From an archaeon (GTDB taxonomy: Archaea > Nanobdellota > Nanobdellia > Pacearchaeales > GW2011-AR1), in assembly GCA_043822125.1 (NCBI GenBank), contig JBDRCB010000006.1, positions 123,520-187,519 of the forward strand: a stretch of 64,000 bases of DNA. Reading direction: 5' to 3'. The notes beneath the pieces were generated by a model. That model saw only the letters and a list, made by a program, of their open reading frames with translations, ran no database searches and had not been told where the DNA came from. Below, piece after piece: positions 48,710 through 58,399 of this stretch. A program made the position numbers and the translations under genes. The first letter of the stretch is position 1. Each line of letters starts with the position of its first letter.

Positions 48710-50593
48710 TTAAATATCCAAATTCGCCTGTGCGGCATTTTCCTGTATGAATTCTTTTCTTGACTGAACATCGTCGCCCATCAGCATCGAAAAAGTCTGG
48801 TCTGCTAAAATAGAGTCTTCAATATAAATTTTCTTGATTTTTCTCGTCTTAGGATTCATGGTTGTATCCCACAGCTGATTTAAACTCATCTCACCAAGTC
48901 CTTTAAATCGTGTTATATTTGCAGTCCCAAGTTTTTCTGTTATTTTTTTAAGTTCAGCGTCAGAATAAACATAATAATCTTTATTTTTTCTTATTCTATA
49001 TAATGGAGGCAAAGCGACAAATATCTTTCCGTTTTTTATCAACTCGGGCATAAACCTGAAAAAGAAAGTGAGTAATAAAGTTTTAATATGTTCTCCGTCA
49101 ACATCAGCATCTGTCATTATGATTACTTTTCCGTATCGCAGTTTATTTAAATCAAATTGTTCTCCGACACCTGTGCCGGTTGCAGTAATCATATTTGTAA
49201 TCTCTTCGCTGGACAGAGCACGGACAGGATTTGATTTTTCAACATTCAAAATTTTTCCCTTCAAAGGAAGAATCGCCTGAAATTCCCTGTTGCGCGCATT
49301 TTTCGCACTTCCTCCTGCACTCTCACCCTCGACAATATAAAGTTCAGTATCTTCTGCTTTTTTTCTGGAGCAGTCATAAAGTTTTCCAGGAAGCCCTCCA
49401 AGTGAAAATGCATTTTTTCTCCTTACAAGCTCTTTTGCTTTTTTTGCAGCAAGCCTTGCTTTCACAGCTTCATAAGATTTGGAAATAATTTTTTTCGCAA
49501 TCAAAGGATTCTCCTCAAAAAATTCAGCAAGTGCAGAAGTGACTATTGAATCAACAAGCCCTCTCACCTCGCTGTTTCCGAGTTTTGTTTTTGTCTGTCC
49601 TTCAAACTGCGGTTCTGGAATCTTTATGCTGATAATCGCAACTAAACCTTCGCGAACATCGTCTCCTGAAAAAGACTCGCCGTTTTTCAAAGTGCCTTTT
49701 TTCTTTGCATAGTCATTTAAAACTCTTGTCAGAGCAGTCTTAAATCCAGAAACATGCGTCCCGCCTTCAATAGTATTAATAGTATTTACAAATCCATAAA
49801 TCGCATCTTTATATCCTGAATTATACTGAATTGAAATTTCAACAAGAATATTGTCTGATTCTCTTTTAAAATAAATCGGCTTGTGCAGAACTTCTTTTGA
49901 CTTGTTCAGCCACTTCACAAATTCAATCAAACCTCCTGAATAAATAAAATCCTCTTTCTTTCCCTTAATGTTATCTTCAAGATGAATTCGCAGTCCTGCA
50001 TTTAAAAAAGCAATTTCCCTGAATCTTGTTTCCAAAACTTTAAAATCAAAGTCAATTATTGAAAAAATTTCATCGTCAGGCCAGAAAGTTATTTTAGTTC
50101 CTGTTTCATTCTCGTCGCAGTTTCCAACAACAGATAATTTTGTTTTTGCATCTCCTCTTGAATATTCCTGACTATAAATTTTTCCATCTCTTTTTATTTC
50201 AGCAATTAATTTTTTTGAGAGTGCATTTACGCATGAAACACCAACTCCGTGCAGTCCTCCTGAAATAGCATATGATTTTTTGTCGAACTTTCCGCCAGCA
50301 TGCAGTTTTGTCAGTGCAACCTGAACAGCAGGTATTTTAAACTGCTCGTGGGTATCAACAGGAATTCCCCGGCCGTCGTCTTCAACAGTCACAGAGCCAT
50401 CGGAATTTATTAAAACATTTATTCTTTTGCAGTAGCCGGCGAGAGCTTCATCTACAGAATTATCAACAACTTCGTATACAAGGTGGTGCAGTCCTTCTTT
50501 CCCTGTGTTCCCAATATACATTGCAGGGCGCTTTCTGACTGCCTCCAGCCCTTCTAAAACTTTAATTTGAGTTGCGTCATATTTACCAGTCAT
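48710..50593 (-). CDS. gyrB: DNA gyrase subunit B
   Basis: EAVRKRPAMYIG; GGLHGVG; VEGESAGG; MTDADVDG; RFKGLGEM. Confidence 0.97.
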   Translation of the reverse strand: MTGKYDATQIKVLEGLEAVRKRPAMYIGNTGKEGLHHLVYEVVDNSVDEALAGYCKRINVLINSDGSVTVEDDGRGIPVDTHEQFKIPAVQVALTKLHAGGKFDKKSYAISGGLHGVGVSCVNALSKKLIAEIKRDGKIYSQEYSRGDAKTKLSVVGNCDENETGTKITFWPDDEIFSIIDFDFKVLETRFREIAFLNAGLRIHLEDNIKGKKEDFIYSGGLIEFVKWLNKSKEVLHKPIYFKRESDNILVEISIQYNSGYKDAIYGFVNTINTIEGGTHVSGFKTALTRVLNDYAKKKGTLKNGESFSGDDVREGLVAIISIKIPEPQFEGQTKTKLGNSEVRGLVDSIVTSALAEFFEENPLIAKKIISKSYEAVKARLAAKKAKELVRRKNAFSLGGLPGKLYDCSRKKAEDTELYIVEGESAGGSAKNARNREFQAILPLKGKILNVEKSNPVRALSSEEITNMITATGTGVGEQFDLNKLRYGKVIIMTDADVDGEHIKTLLLTFFFRFMPELIKNGKIFVALPPLYRIRKNKDYYVYSDAELKKITEKLGTANITRFKGLGEMSLNQLWDTTMNPKTRKIKKIYIEDSILADQTFSMLMGDDVQSRKEFIQENAAQANLDI

Positions 50594-50759
50594 TTTAGCA
50601 ATTTTTGAATTTATTTTCGGCAGAAATTCTGTCCAATTTACATAAAAAAGTGCTTCATCCTTTATAAACTTTTTCCCTATAAAAAGTGGTTTTATCGTCG
50701 GTAAAATAGAAAAATCTATAAATTAAGTAGATTTAAAAAATAAAGTTCATAAGAGATAC

Positions 50760-51044
50760 ATGGGCTATAAAAAAACTATAATATTCCTGTTTATAATTTT
50801 AATTTTTTTAATAGGATTATTTTTATTTAATCTGCAAAAATACAGCTTAACTGGGAAAACAATTCAGGATAAATATTCATACACAAAAGCGATCTGCAAT
50901 GATTCAAATTACTGCGAAGATTATGAAATTATATGCGAAGAAAACAGTTTAATTAGAATGAACCCAACCGGAGCTGTGATTCAGCACGATGAAAATTGGT
51001 ATGACCCAAGAGATAATGAAACAAAAGAGAAGCTGTGCGAATAA
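50760..51044 (+). CDS. Small membrane-anchored Cys-containing protein
   Basis: N-terminal TM, LTGK motif, 4 Cys. Confidence 0.65.
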   Translation: MGYKKTIIFLFIILIFLIGLFLFNLQKYSLTGKTIQDKYSYTKAICNDSNYCEDYEIICEENSLIRMNPTGAVIQHDENWYDPRDNETKEKLCE

Positions 51045-51048
51045 ATAA

Positions 51049-51219
51049 TTATTTTTCTAATTTCTTATTTTTAGAAATCCATCGAACCTTTCTCCTTTTC
51101 ATCTGCATATTCTTTCTGCACTTAGCAGAACACAGATGCTGAATCTTTCCGTCGCTTTTCACAAGAGTCAATCCTTTATGAAAATCATAAACTTTCCCGC
51201 AATAAACACATTTAGACAT
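51049..51219 (-). CDS. rpl24e: 50S ribosomal protein L24e
   Basis: Hand translation MSKCVYCG...DGKIQHLCSAKCRKN...VRW; follows rpl7ae-rps28e. Confidence 0.92.
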   Translation of the reverse strand: MSKCVYCGKVYDFHKGLTLVKSDGKIQHLCSAKCRKNMQMKRRKVRWISKNKKLEK

Positions 51220-51220
51220 T

Positions 51221-51511
51221 TTAAGTATAAGCTCCTTTTGAAACTTTTGATTTAATTCTTCTTGCTTCTATTTCAGTTTCTCTCAGCATTAAAAAATCCC
51301 CAACGCGAACAGGTCCTCTTACATTTCTCCTCATCGCTCTCCCTTCGTCTCTTCCTTTCATAACAGTACATTTAACCTGTGTAATCTCTCCTCGAAATCC
51401 AGTCCTTCCTATAATCTCGTCAACTCTTGCAGGAACAGGCTCGCCTAAAATTTTCTCGCTTCCCTTAGAACCTGCTTGTTTTTTCTCCTGTTGTTTTTGA
51501 GTTTTAGCCAT
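51221..51511 (-). CDS. rps28e: 30S ribosomal protein S28e
   Basis: [12 protein letters not shown]...[18 protein letters not shown]. Confidence 0.95.
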   Translation of the reverse strand: MAKTQKQQEKKQAGSKGSEKILGEPVPARVDEIIGRTGFRGEITQVKCTVMKGRDEGRAMRRNVRGPVRVGDFLMLRETEIEARRIKSKVSKGAYT

Positions 51512-51520
51512 TTTAGAAAA

Positions 51521-51823
51521 CTATTTCAATCCAGCAATGTCTTTTTCAGCATCTCCAGCGTCGATAACTGCGACAGACGAAGCTGAAACAGGCAGCCCTG
51601 CTGCAATACCAAGTTTTTGTTTGCTGTCCACTTCTTTGCATGGAACTTTTTTCTCCTTGCATAAAACAGAGATATGTTGAACAATTTCCTTCGGATTAAC
51701 ATCTCCAGCATAAACTACAAATTTCGCAGTCCCTCTTTCTATTGCTTTAGTAACCTCATTAGTTCCTTTTTCTATTTTGCCGGTTCTCTTTGCCTTTTCA
51801 ATTATTTGATATGTGTCAGCCAT
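51521..51823 (-). CDS. rpl7ae: 50S ribosomal protein L7Ae
   Basis: KGTNEVTKAIERG; DVNPKEIV. Confidence 0.95.
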   Translation of the reverse strand: MADTYQIIEKAKRTGKIEKGTNEVTKAIERGTAKFVVYAGDVNPKEIVQHISVLCKEKKVPCKEVDSKQKLGIAAGLPVSASSVAVIDAGDAEKDIAGLK

Positions 51824-51954
51824 TTTATTAACAGAACAAAGTCCTCACAAAAACTTTGCTCATCGGATAAATGATTGAGAAAAATTCAGTTTATAAATTT
51901 TTGGTTGGAGAAAAACATAGAAATTAATTTAAAGATATTTTTCCTTTAGGAGAG

Positions 51955-52362
51955 ATGGGAAAAAATTTGTTTGTTCAAATGAACGAATTAGCAAGAGAGC
52001 AGGAAAAACTTTCAAAAAAAAGAGCAGAAGAATATTTTACAGAAAAGGGGAGAATAGATTGGAAAAAATTAGCAGAATTAAAAAGTAAAACAGAAGATAG
52101 TAATGAATATTCTGAAATAGAAGAGGAGGTATTAAGAAAGGGGGTAGATATAAAAGATCTAAGTTATGTGGGGCTCGGAAATTACTTTCCAACTAGACTT
52201 GGAGAATGGTTAGGGCCTTTTAATGGAGATCTTCCAGTATATTTCGTAACGCAAAAAGGGGTAACAGAGTATTGTAAATATCTCAAACCTCGGATAAAAG
52301 AATATAATCTCTCCCAAGTTATAAGAAATATTAAAGAATCAGAGAGGATAATAGAATCATGA
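51955..52362 (+). CDS. Hypothetical protein
   Basis: 135-aa ORF. Confidence 0.6.
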   Translation: MGKNLFVQMNELAREQEKLSKKRAEEYFTEKGRIDWKKLAELKSKTEDSNEYSEIEEEVLRKGVDIKDLSYVGLGNYFPTRLGEWLGPFNGDLPVYFVTQKGVTEYCKYLKPRIKEYNLSQVIRNIKESERIIES

Positions 52363-52661
52363 AAAAAGAAATTGAGAAACCCTGGTGTGTTTATGACGTA
52401 TTTACTAGACTTTTAGGGGTTGGAAAAGTGATAGAAGATTGTGGTGTATCTGTTTCTATTCTTTATTCAGAAGGTCAACATAACCCTCCTGAAGAGTGGA
52501 ACACTTTGCGTGTAAGAAGATTTGATACATTAGAAGAGGCAATAGATTATTATATCAAAAATCGTTCTGGAGGAGATATTAAATGTGAAGAGAAGGGAGG
52601 TGAGGGGGTAAGAAAAAAAGTAGAAGAAAAATTTCCATCATATTTTCAAAATAAAAAATAA
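52359..52661 (+). CDS. Hypothetical protein
   Basis: 100-aa ORF with ATGA overlap. Confidence 0.6.
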   Translation: MKKEIEKPWCVYDVFTRLLGVGKVIEDCGVSVSILYSEGQHNPPEEWNTLRVRRFDTLEEAIDYYIKNRSGGDIKCEEKGGEGVRKKVEEKFPSYFQNKK

Positions 52662-52997
52662 TCATCTCCAAAAACACACAACTTCTAAGTCTTTTTTCAA
52701 ACTCATTGATTTAAGGACTGTTCTCCTTATATCCCTTGCCAAAGAAACAACAGGTTCATCAATATTTTTTTCAATTTTTTCTTTATACTCCTTATCTAAC
52801 TCACTCTGCATGATTTTTAGTCTATCGTCTTTATAACTTATTTTATATTTTAGAACTTTTTTAGAGCCAAGGAAATTATCAGCGTCATAAAAAACTTTTT
52901 TAATAGAAGGGCAGTACAAAATAAGTTCATTCCAGTTTCCAGAATTAGCACATCTAAATTCAATTTCAGTATCCTCGACTTTAGCAATAATACTCAT
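52662..52997 (-). CDS. Hypothetical protein
   Basis: 111-aa ORF. Confidence 0.55.
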   Translation of the reverse strand: MSIIAKVEDTEIEFRCANSGNWNELILYCPSIKKVFYDADNFLGSKKVLKYKISYKDDRLKIMQSELDKEYKEKIEKNIDEPVVSLARDIRRTVLKSMSLKKDLEVVCFWR

Positions 52998-53076
52998 ATT
53001 ATATCTAAATTAAAATAATTTTTAATGATTTATATGATAAAACATATATTTATTCCAAAACTTAAATTAAATCTTA

Positions 53077-53331
53077 TTATAAAACAGGGTCAATATAAAC
53101 TGCATTTACTAATCCTGTATCTCTCGCTTTTTGCGCAAATTCTTCTGCTTCTTCCTCAGAATAAAATCCATAAAAAAGATGTGTTCTTGCATTATATCTC
53201 CCAGCAAATCTTGGAATTTCAGTCGGAGCATTACCTATTTCTTTTAGAGTTTTCTCAATAATCCTAAATTCTTTATAATCCTGAACCACATGTAATCCTA
53301 AATCAATTGCTATTTGTATAAACCATGTCAT
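53077..53331 (-). CDS. Hypothetical protein (possible SPOR-like ferredoxin fold)
   Basis: GFYSEEEAEEFAQK motif. Confidence 0.55.
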   Translation of the reverse strand: MTWFIQIAIDLGLHVVQDYKEFRIIEKTLKEIGNAPTEIPRFAGRYNARTHLFYGFYSEEEAEEFAQKARDTGLVNAVYIDPVL

Positions 53332-53454
53332 GATAACTACTTATGACGACAATATTTAAAGATTATGATGCTGTATCACTTTCACCCAACTTCAACATCA
53401 TCTGTTCTCAATGTTTTTTGCTCTGCAAAAAATATGTCGCAAAAGAAGTTCAAA

Positions 53455-54471
53455 TCAATCCCTCCTCCAACCTATTTGAACTTCGTCAGTCCTCTGACGT
53501 GGTTTTATATCAACTTTATCTAAATTTTTATAAGAAATTCCAATTCCCGCCTTGAACATAACTTCTCCTAAATAAGCAATCATAGCCCCATTATCAACAA
53601 GCAGAGAATTATCAGGAACAAAAAATTTTGTCTTATCTTTAGGGTTATTTTTTCCTCTCTCCTCACACATTATTCTGCACATCTCCTGAAGTCGCGAATT
53701 GCACGCAACACCTCCACCCAAAAGCAGTTCTTTTTTTCCAGTGTGAGCCAGAGCCCTTTCAGCAGTCTCGACAAGCATTGCAAAAACAGTCTCCTGTACA
53801 GAAAATGCTAAATCCTCTATTTCATATTTTTTAGATTCAATTTTTTGCTTCAAATTAGTTAATACTCCTGAAAAAGCAACATCCATGCCTTTAACTTTAT
53901 AAGGGAGTTCAATAAATTTCGCTCCTTTCTCAGCAAGTTTCGCAATTACAGGCCCCCCTGGAAAACCAATACCTGCATATCTTGCAAAATTATCTATAAA
54001 ATTGCCGACGCCAATGTCAAGTGTCTCTCCAAAAATTCTGTACTTGCCGGATTCATATGCAATCACTTGTGTATTTGCCCCAGAAACATAAAGCATAACA
54101 GGATCTTTTGCTCCAAATAAATTCCCAATCTCAAGATGAGCGATGCAGTGATTAACAGGCACCAAAGGGATTTTTAATTTTTTAGAAATCTCTTTTGCAA
54201 ATTTTATCCCCTCAATCAAGCAGGGTGCGAGCCCAGGTCCCTGAGAAAACGCAACAGCATCAATCTCATTTTCATTAACTTCAGCTGTTTTCAATGATTC
54301 AGAATAAACCTCATATTTAATTTCGCTGTGATGCTTCGCAGCGTCGACAGGAATTATCCCTCCTTTTTCTGTTGTATAACTCCTTTTAATATTTGATAAA
54401 ATCTTTCCATTCTTGACAACCCCCACACCAAAAGTATGTGCTGTGCTCTCGATTCCTAAGATTAATACCAT
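53455..54471 (-). CDS. kae1: tRNA N6-threonylcarbamoyladenosine synthase Kae1
   Basis: GIESTAHT; NHCIAH; VSGANTQ; GETLD; DNGAMIA; RTDEV. Confidence 0.96.
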   Translation of the reverse strand: MVLILGIESTAHTFGVGVVKNGKILSNIKRSYTTEKGGIIPVDAAKHHSEIKYEVYSESLKTAEVNENEIDAVAFSQGPGLAPCLIEGIKFAKEISKKLKIPLVPVNHCIAHLEIGNLFGAKDPVMLYVSGANTQVIAYESGKYRIFGETLDIGVGNFIDNFARYAGIGFPGGPVIAKLAEKGAKFIELPYKVKGMDVAFSGVLTNLKQKIESKKYEIEDLAFSVQETVFAMLVETAERALAHTGKKELLLGGGVACNSRLQEMCRIMCEERGKNNPKDKTKFFVPDNSLLVDNGAMIAYLGEVMFKAGIGISYKNLDKVDIKPRQRTDEVQIGWRRD

Positions 54472-54593
54472 TTACTCATCTCTTTAGCACAAGATTTAAT
54501 TTCTTCAGGAGACAAATAAAACCTCTTCAATTTTTCTAAGATTTTATCATTCTCCTCAAGAACATTCTCACATCTTTGAATAAAATTATCCAT
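54462..54593 (-). CDS. 43-aa hypothetical microprotein upstream of kae1
   Basis: Hand translation MDNFIQRCENVLEENDKILEKLKRFYLSPEEIKSCAKEMSKWY; overlaps the kae1 start. Confidence 0.45.
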   Translation of the reverse strand: MDNFIQRCENVLEENDKILEKLKRFYLSPEEIKSCAKEMSKWY

Positions 54594-54656
54594 AAAAAAC
54601 AGAATAAAAATCAAGTATATAAAATTAATTAAAAAAAATAAAAATAAAAAGAATAT

Positions 54657-54830
54657 TTATCTTTTCTTCTTTTTTACTGTTCTTTTCTTAGTTGCCTTTT
54701 TCTTTGTGGCTTTTTTCTTTTTCTTTCCGCCACGAGCCATTTTAGCTTCGCAGACATTTCCTTTGCCATCTACATAGTAAAGGTGTCCTGGCTTTCTTTT
54801 GACAACATTTTTAACAAGTACTTTTCCCAT
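54657..54830 (-). CDS. Cc1-like chromatin protein with Lys-rich tail (57 aa)
   Basis: Hand translation MGKVLVKNVVKRKPGHLYYVDGKGNVCEAKMARGGKKKKKATKKKATKKRTVKKKKR. Confidence 0.75.
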   Translation of the reverse strand: MGKVLVKNVVKRKPGHLYYVDGKGNVCEAKMARGGKKKKKATKKKATKKRTVKKKKR

Positions 54831-54919
54831 CGTGTTGTTTGACTTGCGTATTAACGCAGATAAATCAAGTTAGTCCTACCTCCTTTTTATTATTTATAAT
54901 TTCTACAGCAAAAGTATAT

Positions 54920-55273
54920 TTAAATCTTTCTGTTACCGACGAGAAATTCCAAAATTTCCCTATATTCCTCTTTTACAGGAATTTCAATCAATTTTGTGAA
55001 AGAATTTTTCGGGCACACAGAAATGCTGAAGGGCTTCACAAGAGAAATCTCAATAATTTTATTTTTATCATCTATCCAGACAGCAAAAAATGGAAAAAAA
55101 ACAAACAGGGAATGTATTGCATTTTTAACAGGTTTTTTAAAATTAAACAATAATGCCCTTGAATTTCTCCGTCGGCAAAACATCAATCCTGCAAATCTTC
55201 CAAATAAAGAAAGCTGTTTTACTTTTAGGAACTTTCTTCTCCCTCTATACAACAAACCAACCTTTTTTTCCAT
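54920..55273 (-). CDS. DUF192 family protein
   Basis: GLMF...ALLF...IHSLFVFFP...KPF. Confidence 0.8.
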   Translation of the reverse strand: MEKKVGLLYRGRRKFLKVKQLSLFGRFAGLMFCRRRNSRALLFNFKKPVKNAIHSLFVFFPFFAVWIDDKNKIIEISLVKPFSISVCPKNSFTKLIEIPVKEEYREILEFLVGNRKI

Positions 55274-55637
55274 TTTTTTTCTCCTCATACTCTCTGTAAT
55301 ATTTATTTACATTTCTCTCACAGACAAAATCATGATGCTTAAACCCTCCTCCGAAAGTTTTTGGGATATGCATTAACTCATGGATAATTGTTTTTATCTG
55401 CTCTTCTCTGCTGAATTTGTCAAATCTTTCTGATAAAAATTCCAAGGCATAAAAAGATTTAACTCCGACTGCCTTCTGCATAAGTTTTCCAAGTGCATGA
55501 CAGCGGGCTATTGTCCTTCGGGAAGATGTTCCAAAACTCCTGAAGCACTTGACTCTCTCAACCACAATATGAGGAAACAAAAATTTTGAAATCTCCTCTG
55601 CAATAATCTGAATATCAGAAGCAAATTCATATCTCAT
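55245..55637 (-). CDS. Putative metallopeptidase (phage metallopeptidase/SprT-like)
   Basis: IIHELMHIP...HHD. Confidence 0.75.
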   Translation of the reverse strand: MRYEFASDIQIIAEEISKFLFPHIVVERVKCFRSFGTSSRRTIARCHALGKLMQKAVGVKSFYALEFLSERFDKFSREEQIKTIIHELMHIPKTFGGGFKHHDFVCERNVNKYYREYEEKKNGKKGWFVV

Positions 55638-55687
55638 AAAAAACAAATAAAAGCAATGTTTAAATATATTATTCAAATTTTAATTTT

Positions 55688-56209
55688 ATGATAAACAAAA
55701 TAAAAGAAGGTATATGGCAGATTGAATTCAGTCTGTTCGGCTCTTGTGTTTATATTCTTAAACATAAAGGAAAAATAATTGTGATTGACACAGGGGCAAG
55801 ATGGAACAAAAAAGAATTGCTGGAAAAATTAAAAGAATTAAAAATGTCTCCTCCGCAGGTTGATGTTGTCATACTTACTCATAATCATTTTGACCATACA
55901 GGAAATGTAAATATTTTTAAGAATGCAAAAATTTACGGGGGAAAAGAAGATTTTAAATCAGAAAAAATCTTCGACGCAGATGACTTAAAAATAAATGGAA
56001 TTGAAATAATTAAAACTCCCGGGCATTCAAAAGGAAGCGTCTGCATTTATCTTGAAAAAGAAAAAATACTTTTTTCAGGAGATACAATTTTTCATCATGG
56101 AATGACAGGAAGAACAGATCTTTCTGGAGGTTCTGGAAAAGATATGAAAAACTCCCTAAAAAAAATAGAAGAAATTAATTACAAGTTCCTGTGTCCCGGG
56201 CATATTTAA
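55688..56209 (+). CDS. Metallo-beta-lactamase fold hydrolase
   Basis: THNHFDH; TPGHS; FSGDT; PGH. Confidence 0.9.
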   Translation: MINKIKEGIWQIEFSLFGSCVYILKHKGKIIVIDTGARWNKKELLEKLKELKMSPPQVDVVILTHNHFDHTGNVNIFKNAKIYGGKEDFKSEKIFDADDLKINGIEIIKTPGHSKGSVCIYLEKEKILFSGDTIFHHGMTGRTDLSGGSGKDMKNSLKKIEEINYKFLCPGHI

Positions 56210-56415
56210 ATCACTTCTATAATCTTATTTCTCGACGAGAATCCTGATTTTATTTCAACTTCTCTTTCAAAATATTTTTTAAGAATCTTAACAACTTCAG
56301 CATTTGCCCTGTTACTATCAGGTTTCTTAGTTATCCAGATTTCATAAGAAAAATCATCAATTTTCTTTATTTCAACTCTTGAAGAATTTGCGTGAACTTT
56401 TACATTAATTCTCAT
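56206..56415 (-). CDS. DUF167/YggU family protein
   Basis: VKVHANS...ANAEV...SGFSSRNK. Confidence 0.85.
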   Translation of the reverse strand: MRINVKVHANSSRVEIKKIDDFSYEIWITKKPDSNRANAEVVKILKKYFEREVEIKSGFSSRNKIIEVI

Positions 56416-57760
56416 TTTTCTTTTTCCTTCTTATTACTAAGACAATAATTACTATGGAAACTAAAAATATCAGCAACGCCAAGAACCATATAGTGAAGGA
56501 TATTTTTTCAATTACAAAAAGATCATAACTGCTCGCACTGACATCTCCATAACTAACTTTTGAATAAAATAAATAATCTCCCATCGGCATATCTTTAGGA
56601 GATTCTAAGAAGATAATTTTGCTGAAAAAATTATATATTGCAAAACTTTCTTTTTTTATGTCATATGTTTTATTGTCAAAATCAAGTATATAATATTCCA
56701 GTTCAACATCAATATTTTTCAAATCACCAAGGTTCAAAACTGTAACATTCGCCAAAATTCTCTCTCCTGGAAGAACATATTTTTTAAGGACACTTGTCTC
56801 TATGTCAAAAAGAGGAGCCTTATCTTTTACATCTAAAATAACTCTCACTGATTTCTGCAAAGTTCCGTAAGCAAAATTAATTTTTCCCACATAAACATCT
56901 GCTTTGTCCCTGTCAGAAAAATAAATATCAAATGAAACTATCTTACTTTCTCCTGCTCTCAAAAAAATCCTATCTGTTTCAGGAAAAACATATTGTTCAA
57001 GAGAAGGAATAGAAATAGTCACAAATATATCCCCTGTCCCATTGTTGGTAATTTTAACTTGTTTTTGATAATGTTCTCCTTTTGTTAATTCAACTAATAA
57101 AATGTCCTTATCTAATGCAAAATCATAAACTAACGAGGGAGTTACTGCTCCTGCTCCCTCTGGTGTTACTGGGCATGTTCCACAATCAGCAGAACAACTA
57201 CTGCAGTCTTCCCCTGCTTCACAAACTCCATTACCACAGATAGGAAGAGTTGAACCTTCTCTCACACTATAAGAAGAAGAAAAATTTTCAGCAGTAAAAA
57301 CTAAAATACCCCATTCATAGCTTATCTGAGTGCAGTCAGAGCAGACAACACCGTCGTGGAGAATCTCAGGAAGTACATAATTTAAATTATAAATGGAAAT
57401 TGTTACAGATTTATTCAAATAAGGAAGCATAAAATTATTTATTGACACAAGATTATTTGATATTGTTAAATATCTATCAAAATCAACAACATTGCTCGCA
57501 TTTGCAACCTTGCTGAAATTAACCACTTCATTAAAAACAACTTTTCCGTAGCTTGTTTTTTCCAAAGTTACATCATTAAAATTCTGGATTTCGTATGTTG
57601 TCTTTCCTGTGAATACACTCGTGGCTCCGTCAAAAGTGCTAACTAAAAAGGAAATCCCAACGCTGATAGAAGAGCCCACGCTCCTCTCAACAACATTTCC
57701 AGACAAAGCTGATACCAAACCAATCAGCAGAACAACCAGCAGACAAACACCTCTTCTCAT
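56405..57760 (-). CDS. Cell-surface protein with Ig-like domains and C-terminal TM
   Basis: Signal peptide; CGNGVCEAGEDCSSCSADC motif; C-terminal TM plus basic tail. Confidence 0.75.
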   Translation of the reverse strand: MRRGVCLLVVLLIGLVSALSGNVVERSVGSSISVGISFLVSTFDGATSVFTGKTTYEIQNFNDVTLEKTSYGKVVFNEVVNFSKVANASNVVDFDRYLTISNNLVSINNFMLPYLNKSVTISIYNLNYVLPEILHDGVVCSDCTQISYEWGILVFTAENFSSSYSVREGSTLPICGNGVCEAGEDCSSCSADCGTCPVTPEGAGAVTPSLVYDFALDKDILLVELTKGEHYQKQVKITNNGTGDIFVTISIPSLEQYVFPETDRIFLRAGESKIVSFDIYFSDRDKADVYVGKINFAYGTLQKSVRVILDVKDKAPLFDIETSVLKKYVLPGERILANVTVLNLGDLKNIDVELEYYILDFDNKTYDIKKESFAIYNFFSKIIFLESPKDMPMGDYLFYSKVSYGDVSASSYDLFVIEKISFTIWFLALLIFLVSIVIIVLVIRRKKKNEN

Positions 57761-57775
57761 TAAAAAGAATAACAA

Positions 57776-58363
57776 TTATTTCTTTTTATTCTTTTTCTTT
57801 CTTAATAAATTTATCACAAGTAGTATTGAAGCAATCAACCCGACTGTAATATAAATTAAACTGTAATTTCTTGTATGAGGAACACATTGAATTTTGATTC
57901 TCAATGGTGCAGAAACAGACATAGTAGTAGAAGAGCCCCCTGTCCCGCCGATTGCAATCTCCTTGGGAACTTCCATAACTTCAACTTCCCCTTCATAAAC
58001 TTTCTGCGGTTCTGTGCACTCCTGCTTGCATATTAATCTATTAAATAAAAGACAATCTTTTTTGTATATCTTCGGAGTTTTAAAGCAGAACTCCACTGGA
58101 ATCGCATCTTTACTCGCTGTTTCAGCAGGAACATATTTAGTTTCTGATTCAATATAAGTTACAATATTCTGAAGCTCCTGAGAAAGATTTATTTGAACAT
58201 AAGAATCTTTTGTCCACGGATTATAAACTTTATAAGTCAAACAGGTTTTAGTAGATTCAGGAACAAGAGAACTTTCCCTGTCCCACGCCAAGCCGACTCC
58301 TGCTGATATAAACGACAATAAAAATACTATTAACAATGCTGTAATTAAAATATTCTTATTCAT
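57776..58363 (-). CDS. Cell-surface single Ig-like domain protein with C-terminal TM
   Basis: Signal peptide; YKVYNP; C-terminal TM plus KKKNKKK. Confidence 0.7.
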   Translation of the reverse strand: MNKNILITALLIVFLLSFISAGVGLAWDRESSLVPESTKTCLTYKVYNPWTKDSYVQINLSQELQNIVTYIESETKYVPAETASKDAIPVEFCFKTPKIYKKDCLLFNRLICKQECTEPQKVYEGEVEVMEVPKEIAIGGTGGSSTTMSVSAPLRIKIQCVPHTRNYSLIYITVGLIASILLVINLLRKKKNKKK

Positions 58364-58399
58364 TTTTTATTATGTCTACGGAATTTGCTGTTTTATTCA

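Noticed and set aside
52980..53009. dif/Xer-like inverted repeat tttagcaataa-N8-ttatatctaaa
   Set aside because: The spacer is 8 rather than 6 bp, the site overlaps a start codon, and AT-rich chance matches are likely.
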